Assembly (NCBI GenBank): GCA_963675755.2
Contig: CAXXMD010000003.1
Location: 512,001 to 576,000, forward strand
Direction of reading: 5' to 3'
Length of the DNA: 64,000 bases
DNA from: a bacterium
Lineage (GTDB): Bacteria; Zhuqueibacterota; Zhuqueibacteria; Residuimicrobiales; Krinioviventaceae
Under the pieces are notes generated by a model. That model was not told the origin of the DNA. It did not search any database and saw only the letters and a list, made by a program, of their open reading frames with translations. This document shows positions 11,609 through 21,640 of the stretch, piece after piece (the first letter of the stretch is position 1; each line of letters opens with the position of its first letter). The position numbers and the translations under genes were made by a program.

Positions 11609-11701
11609 ATTTACGCAAAAAAATTAATTTAATCGCCATTATTAACCATTTAACGCAAAGATGGAAATTAAAACAGGTCATCATTTTCAAAAGGAGTCGC
11701 T

Positions 11702-14107
11702 ATGTTCAAAAATATGAGCATTAAAAACAAAATTTCAATAATTGTCATTTTGCTTATTGTTGTACTTGTAGTCACCAGCAGTATCATTTCTTATAATTCT
11801 GCATATAATTCAGTTCAATTATCATTTTTAAATCAGATAGAAAACATAAACAAAAGTTTAGATATAAAATTGACAGACTTTTATTCTGAACAGGAACAAA
11901 TTGCAAACTCGCTTACAACATCAGATGCATTGATTGGAGCCATTGTTAATGATAACCAGGATCAATTAATAGAAATTCTTACTATTATCGAAAAACAATC
12001 AGAAATTTGTCAGAATGTATTTCTTTCAACTCCTGAAAGTAATTCCAAAGTATTTGCATGTCCTGAAAGATTAAAATCTTCTTATCTGGGTATTGAATGG
12101 AGTAATAACGTATTAAAAGAAAATATTGAAAAGGCATTACAAGGGCAATCCTACCTGAGTGGTATCAATAAATCAGATGTGACGGGTTTAATTATCCAGG
12201 TTTACAGTGCACCAGTCAAGTACAAGGGTGAAATAATTGCAATTCTAGCAATGACCATAGATGTTGGTACCTTGTCAGAAAATATGGTAGCCGGTATATC
12301 TATTGGAACAACGGGTTACCCATTTATTGCTGATAACATGGGTGTTGTATTTGCTCACCCTGAAAAAGAACAGATCATGAAATTAAAATTGAATGATACA
12401 AGTTGGGGTAAAGAAATACTCAATTCCGCCTCAAATTCAACCTTGAAATATAACTGGAATGGTAAAAAGAAAATTCTGTCTTTTGTAAAGAATGACAAAT
12501 ACAAATATATTTGTGCAAGCTCTATGTATGATGACGATATGCGTGCAAGTGCTATATCAATAGTTAAGATATTATTATTAGCAGGTGCATTTATTATTAT
12601 CATTTCAGGAATCTTTATAATCGTCTTTTTACAAAAAAGTCTTAAACCCCTTGACCATACCGTAACTGCTGCCAACAAGCTGGCTGAAGGTGATGTTGAT
12701 GTTTCCATATCACACAACAGTAATGACGAAATTGGACAGATGCTCAAAGCCTTTGATAAAATGGTGCAAAGCATTAAAGCAAAAGCGGAAACCGCTGCCG
12801 AAATTGCTAAAGGCAATCTGGAGGTTGACGTTCAAGCCATTTCAAATAAAGATGTTCTGGGCAACGCCATGGTTGCACTCAAACAGAACGTAACCGCCAT
12901 GGTCAATGATGTTGACAGTCTCGCAACCGCCGCCGTGAACGGTAACCTTTCCGTTCGTGCAAATGCAGAACAGCATCAGGGTCAATTTCGCAAGATCGTT
13001 CAGGGGATCAATGAAACACTTGACGGTATTATGGGCCCCATCAACGAAGCTTCCGACGTTCTTGAAAAACTGGCGGACAGAGATTTGAGCATTCGGATGC
13101 ATGGCGATTACAAAGGCGACCACGCCAAAATTAAAACCTCTATCAATACCGCTCTTGAAAATCTGGACGCAAGCATTCAACAGGTCTTTTCCGGTGCTGA
13201 ACAGGTTGCCTCTGCCTCGAATCAAATCAGCGATGGCAGTCAGCAAATGGCACAGTCCGCTACAGAACAAGCCGGTAACCTGGAAGAAATCTCCAGCAAT
13301 CTGCAAGAGATCACATCCATGTCGCTTCAAAACACCAACAATGCCAAAGAAGCAAAAAACATGACCGACAACTCGCGCGAAAGTGCTTTAAAAGGTGTGG
13401 AGAGTATGAAACGCCTCTCCGTATCCATCGATAAAATCAAAACCTCATCCGATGAAACCAGCAAGATCGTTAAAACCATTGACGAAATCGCTTTCCAGAC
13501 CAACCTGCTTGCGCTCAATGCAGCGGTTGAAGCCGCAAGGGCCGGTGAAGCAGGCAAAGGATTTGCCGTTGTGGCCGAAGAAGTACGCAACCTGGCAATC
13601 AGAAGCGCGGAAGCCGCTAAAAACACAACCGATCTCATAAACGAATCAGTAAGCAACGCACAGGAAGGTGTAGAACACAACAAAGAAGTAATGGAGAACT
13701 TGCAGATCATCAACGATCAGGTCATCAAGATCGGTGAAATCATGAGTGAAGTATCAGCAGGGTCAGAACAGCAGCGTGGTGGTGTGGAACAGGTCAATAT
13801 GGCAATCGACCAGATGAACAAAATCACACAACAGAATGCCGCCAATGCTGAAGAGTCTGCAAGCGCATCCGAAGAACTCTCCAGCCAGGCTGAAGAGATG
13901 CGCTCATTAACTGCCAGGTTTCAGGTCTCAAGATCTGCTTCCGGTGTTCATATAATTGCTCCAAAATCGCCACAACCCGCACAATCAACCTCAAATTACA
14001 GAACCCGTCAAACAAGCAACGGGGCAAGCAAATCTGCGGAAGATTTGATTCCCTTTGACGACTTTGACAGTAACGCTAACGATAAATTTATTCTGGGTGA
14101 ATTCTAG
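11702..14107 (+). CDS. methyl-accepting chemotaxis protein (dCache, multi-HAMP), MCP3
   Basis: Same architecture; AGGAG RBS; FILGEF tail. Confidence 0.96.
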   Translation: MFKNMSIKNKISIIVILLIVVLVVTSSIISYNSAYNSVQLSFLNQIENINKSLDIKLTDFYSEQEQIANSLTTSDALIGAIVNDNQDQLIEILTIIEKQSEICQNVFLSTPESNSKVFACPERLKSSYLGIEWSNNVLKENIEKALQGQSYLSGINKSDVTGLIIQVYSAPVKYKGEIIAILAMTIDVGTLSENMVAGISIGTTGYPFIADNMGVVFAHPEKEQIMKLKLNDTSWGKEILNSASNSTLKYNWNGKKKILSFVKNDKYKYICASSMYDDDMRASAISIVKILLLAGAFIIIISGIFIIVFLQKSLKPLDHTVTAANKLAEGDVDVSISHNSNDEIGQMLKAFDKMVQSIKAKAETAAEIAKGNLEVDVQAISNKDVLGNAMVALKQNVTAMVNDVDSLATAAVNGNLSVRANAEQHQGQFRKIVQGINETLDGIMGPINEASDVLEKLADRDLSIRMHGDYKGDHAKIKTSINTALENLDASIQQVFSGAEQVASASNQISDGSQQMAQSATEQAGNLEEISSNLQEITSMSLQNTNNAKEAKNMTDNSRESALKGVESMKRLSVSIDKIKTSSDETSKIVKTIDEIAFQTNLLALNAAVEAARAGEAGKGFAVVAEEVRNLAIRSAEAAKNTTDLINESVSNAQEGVEHNKEVMENLQIINDQVIKIGEIMSEVSAGSEQQRGGVEQVNMAIDQMNKITQQNAANAEESASASEELSSQAEEMRSLTARFQVSRSASGVHIIAPKSPQPAQSTSNYRTRQTSNGASKSAEDLIPFDDFDSNANDKFILGEF
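12659..14107 (+). repeat. about 1.45-kb near-identical repeat, copy 2 (3' part of MCP3)
   Basis: Matches 9985-11433. Confidence 0.9.
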
Positions 14108-14119
14108 TAAAAAAATCCC

Positions 14120-14155
14120 GCCCCTGTAGTGTTTATCATACAGGGGCTTTTATTT
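14120..14155 (+). terminator. intrinsic terminator
   Basis: gcccctgta...tacaggggc followed by tttt. Confidence 0.75.
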
Positions 14156-14208
14156 CTTTCAATAATCAAATCAGATCTGTATATTTCATAAAATTTAAAG
14201 AACGGGTT

Positions 14209-15498
14209 ATGAAATTAAAGATCGTATTATTATTCTATTTCATCATTCAATTGGTGTATATACTGTTTTTTCAATTGCCGTTTGTGGGCGACTCGTCCAT
14301 GTACTATAATCTGGCGCAAACGTGTATACAGCACAACTCTTTTTATCCTGCAGCACACAACTTGAATGACGCATACATTATTGCTCCATTATATGTTAAT
14401 TATATTATCCTGCTGTTGCATATTTACGACTCGCCTACAATCATTTTACTTTTTAATATCATTCTAAACCTTTTGAATCTGCTGCTACTGCGTAAAATAA
14501 CAGATCTGCTGTTCCAAAAGAAAAAATATACAGATACAATTACGGTGCTTTACCTAATATATCTGAGCAGTCTGGGTGCGGTCCTGATGAATGTTACAGA
14601 ACTCTTCTTTTGCGCCTTGCTGTTTGCGGGATATTATTTAATATTGAAAAATACAAAACAGAGTTTGTTTTTTGCCGGAATGTTTACAGCTTTGGCGTTT
14701 GCCACCCGTCAGGTTGCGCTTGCTCTGATTCTGACTTATTTTCTGGTCTCCATCATTCGCAAGCAATTTTCATTTTTCAAATCAACCCTGCTGATCTCAG
14801 GATTTGCCGTTACCCTGCTCTTGTTCGGGGTGTTCACCTGGTCTCAATCCGGAAAGTTTGTCATGTCTCCCAACACCGGCGCTTTGAACATGTTAATAGG
14901 CGCGAACGACAATGCTACCGGTGCTTATAACAACATTGCCTTTGAAAAAGGACATGCGGGATATATTGAAAATTTTGATAAAATCCCCTATTATAAAAAA
15001 GCAGAATTCTGGAAAAACCAAACCCTCTCATGGATCAAACAAAATCCTGTCAAATGGCTCATGCTTTTCCCTAAAAAAATAGCACATATGTTCATGTATG
15101 ATGATTGGTCAATCCATACGCTTGTGCCCACAAATGATTGGAACCTCTATCTCATTGGTAAAACCATTATAACAGAAAAAAGTATAAAACCGGTCTTTGC
15201 GGGTGAATCAGCATTCTTGAAAATATCATTTATATTGATTTACACATTGCATCATCTCGTTTATTTTGCACTTTTAATTTTCATGTTTTATCAATTCATC
15301 TATTATAAAAAACAAAATCCGCAAGTGATGTTCAGTTGTATGCATATTTATATTTTTTGTGTTATAGCAACCGGCGTAATATTGCTGGCCTTTGGAGTTC
15401 CCCGTTACAAACATCCCATATTTGTACTGTTATTGATAACCATAACCCCCATGATTGCCGAATTGAAATGGCCTAATATAAAAAAAAGGGTGGTTTAA
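14209..15498 (+). CDS. polytopic membrane glycosyltransferase (GT-C, ArnT/PMT-like)
   Basis: Multiple TM helices; GDS..YY..A first-loop motif, TE..F, periplasmic N...G.N..ATG motif, PRY near the C-terminus. Confidence 0.7.
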   Translation: MKLKIVLLFYFIIQLVYILFFQLPFVGDSSMYYNLAQTCIQHNSFYPAAHNLNDAYIIAPLYVNYIILLLHIYDSPTIILLFNIILNLLNLLLLRKITDLLFQKKKYTDTITVLYLIYLSSLGAVLMNVTELFFCALLFAGYYLILKNTKQSLFFAGMFTALAFATRQVALALILTYFLVSIIRKQFSFFKSTLLISGFAVTLLLFGVFTWSQSGKFVMSPNTGALNMLIGANDNATGAYNNIAFEKGHAGYIENFDKIPYYKKAEFWKNQTLSWIKQNPVKWLMLFPKKIAHMFMYDDWSIHTLVPTNDWNLYLIGKTIITEKSIKPVFAGESAFLKISFILIYTLHHLVYFALLIFMFYQFIYYKKQNPQVMFSCMHIYIFCVIATGVILLAFGVPRYKHPIFVLLLITITPMIAELKWPNIKKRVV

Positions 15499-15515
15499 AT
15501 AACCACCCTTTTTTT
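15481..15515. terminator. bidirectional terminator between convergent genes
   Basis: aaaaaaagggtggtt-taaat-aaccaccctttttt. Confidence 0.85.
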
Positions 15516-16096
15516 TATTTCAATTCAATTTTAAAAGGCACTTTGAGTTTTTCCCATTGTAGAAACGCAGTTGCCGAAGTCCCATCCAGATCTTCAAAGC
15601 CATAAACCAGCCATTCCTGATGAGGAGCAGCAATAGGTGTGACGTTAATTCTTAACGCATCTTGAGATTCATCATATTTATAACTGCCCCATGCGTCATT
15701 GACCTTATTAAAAATGACAACCCAATCGTTTTCAGAGGGAATCATATGAATGCTATATTTACCGGCTGGCAAATCTTTACCATTTACTTTGACATCACTG
15801 CTAAAATCGATGGTGGTATTTTCATTAGCACCGGCTCTCCAGGGAAAGTCCTTGTTATCTGAATATTTGTTGCCGGGATTCAAGCCATAAGGTACCAAAT
15901 CACCCCAAATGGTTCTGCCTTTAACTCCGGGACGACTATAATTGATGGTAACCTTGGCATCTACACCCAGGCTCTGAGATACTTCTGCGGCAAGGCTCTT
16001 GCGGATTTTTTTATCCTGAGCCAATGTTGTATTGCTTAACCCTACAAGCAATGCCACAGCCAGCAATAAAATGGTTAGAAATTTAACTCTTTTCAT
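15515..16096 (-). CDS. DUF2911 family secreted protein
   Basis: Signal peptide MKRVKF...; YSRPGVKGRTIWGDLVPYG and WRAGANENT motifs. Start at ATG 16096 after GGAGG. Confidence 0.85.
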   Translation of the reverse strand: MKRVKFLTILLLAVALLVGLSNTTLAQDKKIRKSLAAEVSQSLGVDAKVTINYSRPGVKGRTIWGDLVPYGLNPGNKYSDNKDFPWRAGANENTTIDFSSDVKVNGKDLPAGKYSIHMIPSENDWVVIFNKVNDAWGSYKYDESQDALRINVTPIAAPHQEWLVYGFEDLDGTSATAFLQWEKLKVPFKIELK

Positions 16097-16271
16097 TATT
16101 CCTCCATGTGGAAATATTACAATTATATTTATCGAATTCATTACAGGTTGTAACAACAATTTTACAATTATTATTGCATGTCCACAAGATTTCTACGCAG
16201 GAATCAATAAAAAGATTCAATACTGAAATAACATCAACACTAAAATCTTCCCAAATCGCATTCTTTTTCCC

Positions 16272-17666
16272 TCAGAAATAAATTTTAAATCCAGCAGATA
16301 TATTCAAATGGGTTGCACTCATTGTTTCATCTGATTCTACCCGAATATCATTAAATTCAAACTCGTCAAATTTTCCAAGAATCAGAGAAACACCCACTCC
16401 CAAAGCCAGATTTTTATTCAACATTATATCTACTCCGGTTTGTAATCTAAAACCCATCGTTGTTTCATCCATTGTTGCTTGAATACCTGCTATTCTTCCT
16501 TCTTCAGTATAGCTCAACATTCCCACCCCCACTGTTCCATATACAACTACTCCCTCAACATCTGTTGTACACAGGAATATTTGCCCTCCAACAACCTGAA
16601 TACGTACATTATCTTTGACCAAACCTATATTCTCATAATAATTACCAATTTTAATCTTTTCATTACTCACAACAATAGCATTAGAAGACCAAAAATTTGA
16701 ATAGAAAATTCCAAAAGCGAGATTCGGCCGGCTAAAGAATACCAAATCAAGGCCCACTATTTTACCGTTTTTTAATTCATCTGTATAGTCTTTCAAACTT
16801 TTCGGAGTATATTTTGAATCGTCTCCAATAATTTTACCCAATCCAAATTCAACACCTATCCGTGCTGGAAGCACAGCTTTATGTTCTTTTTTTAATGACG
16901 GATAAATTATTTTATTCTGTTGTTCGCTTGTGCTTTTTTCGTATTCGGGCTTCCATTCCCGGGTTGCAACCGAGCCACCAGAGCGGGAATCAACAGTCGT
17001 AGAAACATTCAACATTGAAGGACGAGGTGTTATTATAACTCCATTAGCAACCCGGATATCTGAATCAGGTATAAAAACAATTTTGGCTCCCTGAAACAGC
17101 CCTCTGGATCCTGTTTTAAAAACCATTCCATCTGTTTTGATCTCTAGAATTTCTCCCACCAGAGTCTCATTATTCTGCAAAACAATTGTAGACATATTGT
17201 CTGGTAACAGAGTTAGATCCGTTAAATAATAAGAATCTTTTTGAGGGACATCCTTTTTTATAACAGGAGTTTCGACAAACGTATCAACTTTTGCTTCTTT
17301 AACATTACTCACTTTATCAAACAAATAGCTTAAAAGTTGGGTGTCTTTTATTTCCGTACCCTCCCCGTTCGCGGTTCTTCCATCCGGGTGAACAATGATC
17401 CTGCCGTTTTGATCAATAAAGGTCAATATCTTTGCATAGGGTATAAATAGCTCTTTATGGGATTCAAATTTAATCCCCTCCGTTTTATAAGCAATGGGTG
17501 CTCTGTGCCAGATCTTTTCAGGGTATTGCTTCAATATTAACAATGGACAGTGAGGGACAAGCATATCCTTATACAGCATATCTATATCCGGTTCAACCTT
17601 GCTAAAAACGTATTGAGCCAAAATCAGCAATACAAAATTAGCATAAAATAATGATTGTAATCGCAT
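16272..17666 (-). CDS. secreted protein with C-terminal outer-membrane beta-barrel-like domain
   Basis: Signal peptide; alternating amphipathic strands in the last ~200 aa; ends AGFKIYF. Confidence 0.65.
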   Translation of the reverse strand: MRLQSLFYANFVLLILAQYVFSKVEPDIDMLYKDMLVPHCPLLILKQYPEKIWHRAPIAYKTEGIKFESHKELFIPYAKILTFIDQNGRIIVHPDGRTANGEGTEIKDTQLLSYLFDKVSNVKEAKVDTFVETPVIKKDVPQKDSYYLTDLTLLPDNMSTIVLQNNETLVGEILEIKTDGMVFKTGSRGLFQGAKIVFIPDSDIRVANGVIITPRPSMLNVSTTVDSRSGGSVATREWKPEYEKSTSEQQNKIIYPSLKKEHKAVLPARIGVEFGLGKIIGDDSKYTPKSLKDYTDELKNGKIVGLDLVFFSRPNLAFGIFYSNFWSSNAIVVSNEKIKIGNYYENIGLVKDNVRIQVVGGQIFLCTTDVEGVVVYGTVGVGMLSYTEEGRIAGIQATMDETTMGFRLQTGVDIMLNKNLALGVGVSLILGKFDEFEFNDIRVESDETMSATHLNISAGFKIYF

Positions 17667-17790
17667 AGATATTTCCCCTCAAACATATAACAAATGATTT
17701 ATGCAGGCATACTTCCCCTGGCATTGCATTTCATCAAAAATATAGCAATTCATCTGTTAAAACACAATAACTTATATATCCCCTAAAATG

Positions 17791-17819
17791 AAAAGGGCTG
17801 TCAATTTTTGACAGCCCTT
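17791..17819 (-). terminator. intrinsic terminator
   Basis: aaaagggctgtcaa-ttt-ttgacagccctt. Confidence 0.8.
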
Positions 17820-17823
17820 AAAA

Positions 17824-19692
17824 TTACTCGAGTAGTATAGCTTTTTGAAAGATCCGTGTATTGTCATGTTGAAACACCACATAATACACACCGGTGGGAT
17901 AGTCCAGCTCCATCTTCCAGTTTAATTGCCGCTGCCCCGGATACAATTTCACATTCTCCCGGTAGAGCTGTCTTCCCAGTATATCAAAAATACGGATATC
18001 CGCATCCAGATTATTTTGCGCGGGTTCAAATTGTATGGTGGTATTTAATGTGCTGTTAAAAGGATTAGGATAAACCGAAATCAAATTTAAATTTTCAGGG
18101 GTTGTCAGATCTGTTTCAGCAACAGCGGTTGTCTGGTATGAAAAAGACTCTACATCAGACCACTCACTTGCGCCCAGACCGTTTATACTTTTAACCCGCC
18201 AATAATAGTTATAACCGGGTTCAACATCCAATGACCAGCTGCATCCGGCTACCTCATTATCAAATACCAGATCAGCTTCTCCAAAAGATGCTTCTGTAGC
18301 AACCTGTAACTGATAATGTGTTGCTAATTTTTCATCCTGCCAGTTGAACGTAATCATTTCACCCATTGTTGCTTCTTCCGGTAATGGAGATGCTGGCAAA
18401 ATATCTAAATATTCTGCAACCATACGGGTTGATACACTGTTCCACATTTTTGTATTAATGGCATATATCTCTTCATAATGGCCTTCGGTCTCTCCAGGAA
18501 AATCTACATCCAATATTTCTTGCGGAATATCTGTTACGTTCAGCCTGGCAATTTCTACCTGGGGACCGTTCAATTCCACTATACTGTTGTAAAAATTATC
18601 AGCATCCTGCACAAATCCCGGCATATCCAGAAAATCACCTTCTTCGTTGAGAGAGATAATCAGAAAAGGCGGTTGGTCGGCGTTAATAAAATTACCAGGA
18701 GACGCGGCCAGCAGCACCTCCTCTTCCCAACTGTCAAAGGTGTTCTGACACAGTGTCTTGTAACCCAGGGCATCAACTGCGTCCAATCCTAATGGATTTG
18801 ACGGCCAGATCACAAGATCATACAAATTATAAGCACCGCTCATCAGTACCGCACCTTGAATCATATCTGTAGACAAATCCAGAGATTCCAAATACGAACC
18901 ATCTGTACTCATCAGTGCGCATAAATGTGCTCCGGCGGACTGGCCCATAATGTGGATCGATTCAGGATCTCCACCATATTCGGCAATATGATCCACAACC
19001 CATGCAAAAGCCATTGCCACATCCATTACATGAGTGGGATGTTTGGCATTCCAGGGATCAGACGACAACTGGTAATTTGCAATCACCGTTGTCACATTAT
19101 AGTATCCTGCATAGGTATTTCCCAACTCCATATACAGCTCCTTGTCACCCTGCTTCCACGCCCCGCCATGAATAAACAACAATACGGGTGTCTGTGTTTT
19201 TCCTTTGGGTTGATACACATCTAAAAGATGCTTGCCACCGCCTTCAGCAGGGGGATCCGCATAAGGGATATTAAAGGTTGCATCTACAAGATCCAGTACA
19301 TACCGGGCTTGAACCGTTTCACTGTTTTCCATACCATCCGAAATGGCAACTGCCCGCACCGTGGCAGAATAAAAGGTTTGCGGCTCGGTCGCATCAGAGG
19401 GGGCATTATCGCTATTGCCGGTCAAGCTGTCGCCGGTCACATGGTTATATAGTACAATAGGGCCACCACCATACAACAGATCTGATTCATCCGGTTCAGT
19501 ACCATCCAGAGTATAGTAAATTCTCGCATCGGGAGAATCACAGGTCAAGCACAGGTTTATTGCCTGATCATATTTACCGGATTCATGACTGAAAACCGGT
19601 AAAGAAACTTGAGCGGCCAATATCCATTGGGTGAGGCATTGAAACACAATTATTACAGACCCTATTATTTTTGTTTTTTTACACATTTCCAT
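17824..19692 (-). CDS. secreted alpha/beta-hydrolase (carboxylesterase) with Fn3-associated domain and T9SS-like C-terminal sorting domain
   Basis: IYYTLDGTEP domain; HGGAW oxyanion motif and GQSAG nucleophile; Fn3-like YYWRVKS; VYPNPFN...IFDILGR tail. Confidence 0.85.
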   Translation of the reverse strand: MEMCKKTKIIGSVIIVFQCLTQWILAAQVSLPVFSHESGKYDQAINLCLTCDSPDARIYYTLDGTEPDESDLLYGGGPIVLYNHVTGDSLTGNSDNAPSDATEPQTFYSATVRAVAISDGMENSETVQARYVLDLVDATFNIPYADPPAEGGGKHLLDVYQPKGKTQTPVLLFIHGGAWKQGDKELYMELGNTYAGYYNVTTVIANYQLSSDPWNAKHPTHVMDVAMAFAWVVDHIAEYGGDPESIHIMGQSAGAHLCALMSTDGSYLESLDLSTDMIQGAVLMSGAYNLYDLVIWPSNPLGLDAVDALGYKTLCQNTFDSWEEEVLLAASPGNFINADQPPFLIISLNEEGDFLDMPGFVQDADNFYNSIVELNGPQVEIARLNVTDIPQEILDVDFPGETEGHYEEIYAINTKMWNSVSTRMVAEYLDILPASPLPEEATMGEMITFNWQDEKLATHYQLQVATEASFGEADLVFDNEVAGCSWSLDVEPGYNYYWRVKSINGLGASEWSDVESFSYQTTAVAETDLTTPENLNLISVYPNPFNSTLNTTIQFEPAQNNLDADIRIFDILGRQLYRENVKLYPGQRQLNWKMELDYPTGVYYVVFQHDNTRIFQKAILLE

Positions 19693-20042
19693 TATCCTTA
19701 ATAATAATTATTATTTTGGGAATGTATACGGGATGTTACAAAAAAGCGTGTGATTTAAATCAATATATTATTATTTATCGGCCTCCTGGCCATTTCTTTA
19801 AGAAAAAATGGAAGCAAATGCATGTTTCTATTGTCTAATATGCAAATAAAAGAAAAAAAATCGCCACAACCATAAGGAAAATACTTCTTTCTATACCGAA
19901 AAAATTTCCTATTTTGTACGTAACTTATTGTTTAATAAACGCCTACGAAAATATTTTTATCATTAATTTTCACCCTTAAAAAGTTACGCTAAAAGACCAG
20001 TTAAAAATCAATTGACTTGACAAAAATAGAAATCATGGTGCT

Positions 20043-20264
20043 ATGAACAAAAGAAAAACCTATAGCGGAGAATTTAAAGCAAAGATCGTAAAAGAATGGA
20101 TTTTAGGGAAAAAATCGCTTCAGGAACTGGCGATTCTGTACAATTTGCACCCAAATCAGATCAAAAACTGGAAATCTCTTCTTTTAAAGAATGCAGACCT
20201 GGTACTGGATGACCAGAGAAAAAACAGGACCCGATCAAGAAAAAATGATGGCGTAACTTGTTAA
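20043..20264 (+). CDS. stand-alone IS3-OrfA-like helix-turn-helix protein
   Basis: RKTYSGEFKAKIV...LA..Y.LHPNQIKNWK is typical of the transposase HTH; no DDE OrfB follows. Confidence 0.7.
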   Translation: MNKRKTYSGEFKAKIVKEWILGKKSLQELAILYNLHPNQIKNWKSLLLKNADLVLDDQRKNRTRSRKNDGVTC

Positions 20265-20302
20265 TTTCTCAATATCTACAAATATTCATTTTTATCCGGT
20301 TC

Positions 20303-20318
20303 TGGCATACCGGTTGCG
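20303..20318 (+). promoter_or_regulatory. sigma54 promoter for the EF-hand gene
   Basis: TGGCATACCGGTTGCG: GG at 20304 and GC at 20316. Confidence 0.75.
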
Positions 20319-20498
20319 TAAAACGGATTGTGCATACTGTCAGCAAGATCAACGGCAGTAACCATTGATTGCAATCAAAACAGCACAAATCCGTATTAAT
20401 CATCAAGAGGGAGTAAATTGTTGTAATCTTGCTTGCAGACGAGAGGAATTGCAAGACCGGATTCAGCTTTTTACAACCTAAACAAAAGGAGTTGTAGA

Positions 20499-21521
20499 AT
20501 GATTAACAACGTAAGTAGTATGAGCCAGTATTCGGACATGACGAGTATGCGGTCCATGCAGGGAGGCAGAGATCCATCTCAAATGTTCAACAAAATGGAC
20601 AGCGACGGTGACGGAAGTATTGGCCAGGCTGAATTTGAGCAGGTAGCTGCAAAAATCTCAGAAATGACCGGCAATTCTATCAGTTATGAAGACGCATTAG
20701 CGACTTATGATTCTGATGGAAACGGAACGTTTAGCGCTTCTGAAATGGATTCTTTTATGAAAGCAAGTGGACCACCTCCACCTCCGCCCCCGGCGGAAGG
20801 TATGGGTTCCACTGAAGAATCAGACGATACCACCGAATCAGAGGAAACGGACCCGATCCTGTCAATGTTAAACCAGCTCAAGATGACCAATGAAGCACCC
20901 GGAGATCTGTTTGGAAAAATTGACAGCGATGGTGACGGCAGTATCAGCAAAGCTGAACTGCAAACCATGCTGGATGATATTTCTGAAATGACCGGGGAAT
21001 CAGTATCCGCTAGCGATGTAATAGCCGAATACGATTCTGATGGAGACGGCGTACTGGGTGAAAGTGAGATGGATGCATACATGAAAGACAATGCTCCCCC
21101 ACCACCTCCTATGGACGGATCCTTTGCATCGCAAGGTTCTGAAAATGATACCATTCTCTCATTATTGAACCAACTCAATATGTCTCAACCACCTTCCCCG
21201 GAAGAGTCCTTTGCGCAAATTGATAGTAATGGTGATGGTGGTATTGACGCAACTGAATTGCAATCCATGATGGAAGGTGTTTCAGACAGTTCTGATTCAG
21301 ACTTTTCAGCAAGTGACGCAATTGCAGAATACGATATAAACGGAGACGGAACACTTGATCAGGAAGAGATGGATGCGTTTGTTCAAAACAACAGGCCTTC
21401 CTTCCAGGCACAGCAAACCGTTTCTGCTTATGCCAACAACACACTCGATACATTGTCGCAATTGATCAGCTCTCAAGCGATCAACACGGCCAATAATGCA
21501 GCAGTAAGCATTATTGCATAA
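20499..21521 (+). CDS. EF-hand calcium-binding protein (6 EF-hands, polyproline linkers)
   Basis: DSDGDGSIGQAE, DSDGNGTFSASE, DSDGDGSISKAE, DSDGDGVLGESE, DSNGDGGIDATE, DINGDGTLDQEE. ATG 20499 after AAGGAG. Confidence 0.9.
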   Translation: MINNVSSMSQYSDMTSMRSMQGGRDPSQMFNKMDSDGDGSIGQAEFEQVAAKISEMTGNSISYEDALATYDSDGNGTFSASEMDSFMKASGPPPPPPPAEGMGSTEESDDTTESEETDPILSMLNQLKMTNEAPGDLFGKIDSDGDGSISKAELQTMLDDISEMTGESVSASDVIAEYDSDGDGVLGESEMDAYMKDNAPPPPPMDGSFASQGSENDTILSLLNQLNMSQPPSPEESFAQIDSNGDGGIDATELQSMMEGVSDSSDSDFSASDAIAEYDINGDGTLDQEEMDAFVQNNRPSFQAQQTVSAYANNTLDTLSQLISSQAINTANNAAVSIIA

Positions 21522-21532
21522 CACACCCCTCG

Positions 21533-21564
21533 TCCCCCGGTTCACCGCCGGGGGATTTAATTTT
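21533..21564 (+). terminator. intrinsic terminator
   Basis: tcccccgg-ttcaccg-ccggggga then a T-rich run. Confidence 0.7.
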
Positions 21565-21640
21565 GGAACATCCCCCTATCCGATACGTACAATTAACCAA
21601 TCAAACAGAAAAAATACATATTATTGGGGAAAATCAATCC

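Noticed and set aside
7775-14027. Antisense ORFs repeated inside the MCP genes
   Set aside because: Shadow frames of the conserved MCP coding sequence, repeated only because the MCPs are paralogs.
20043-20264. Intact IS3-family insertion sequence
   Set aside because: No OrfB/DDE domain in any frame, and no terminal inverted repeats or target duplication seen.
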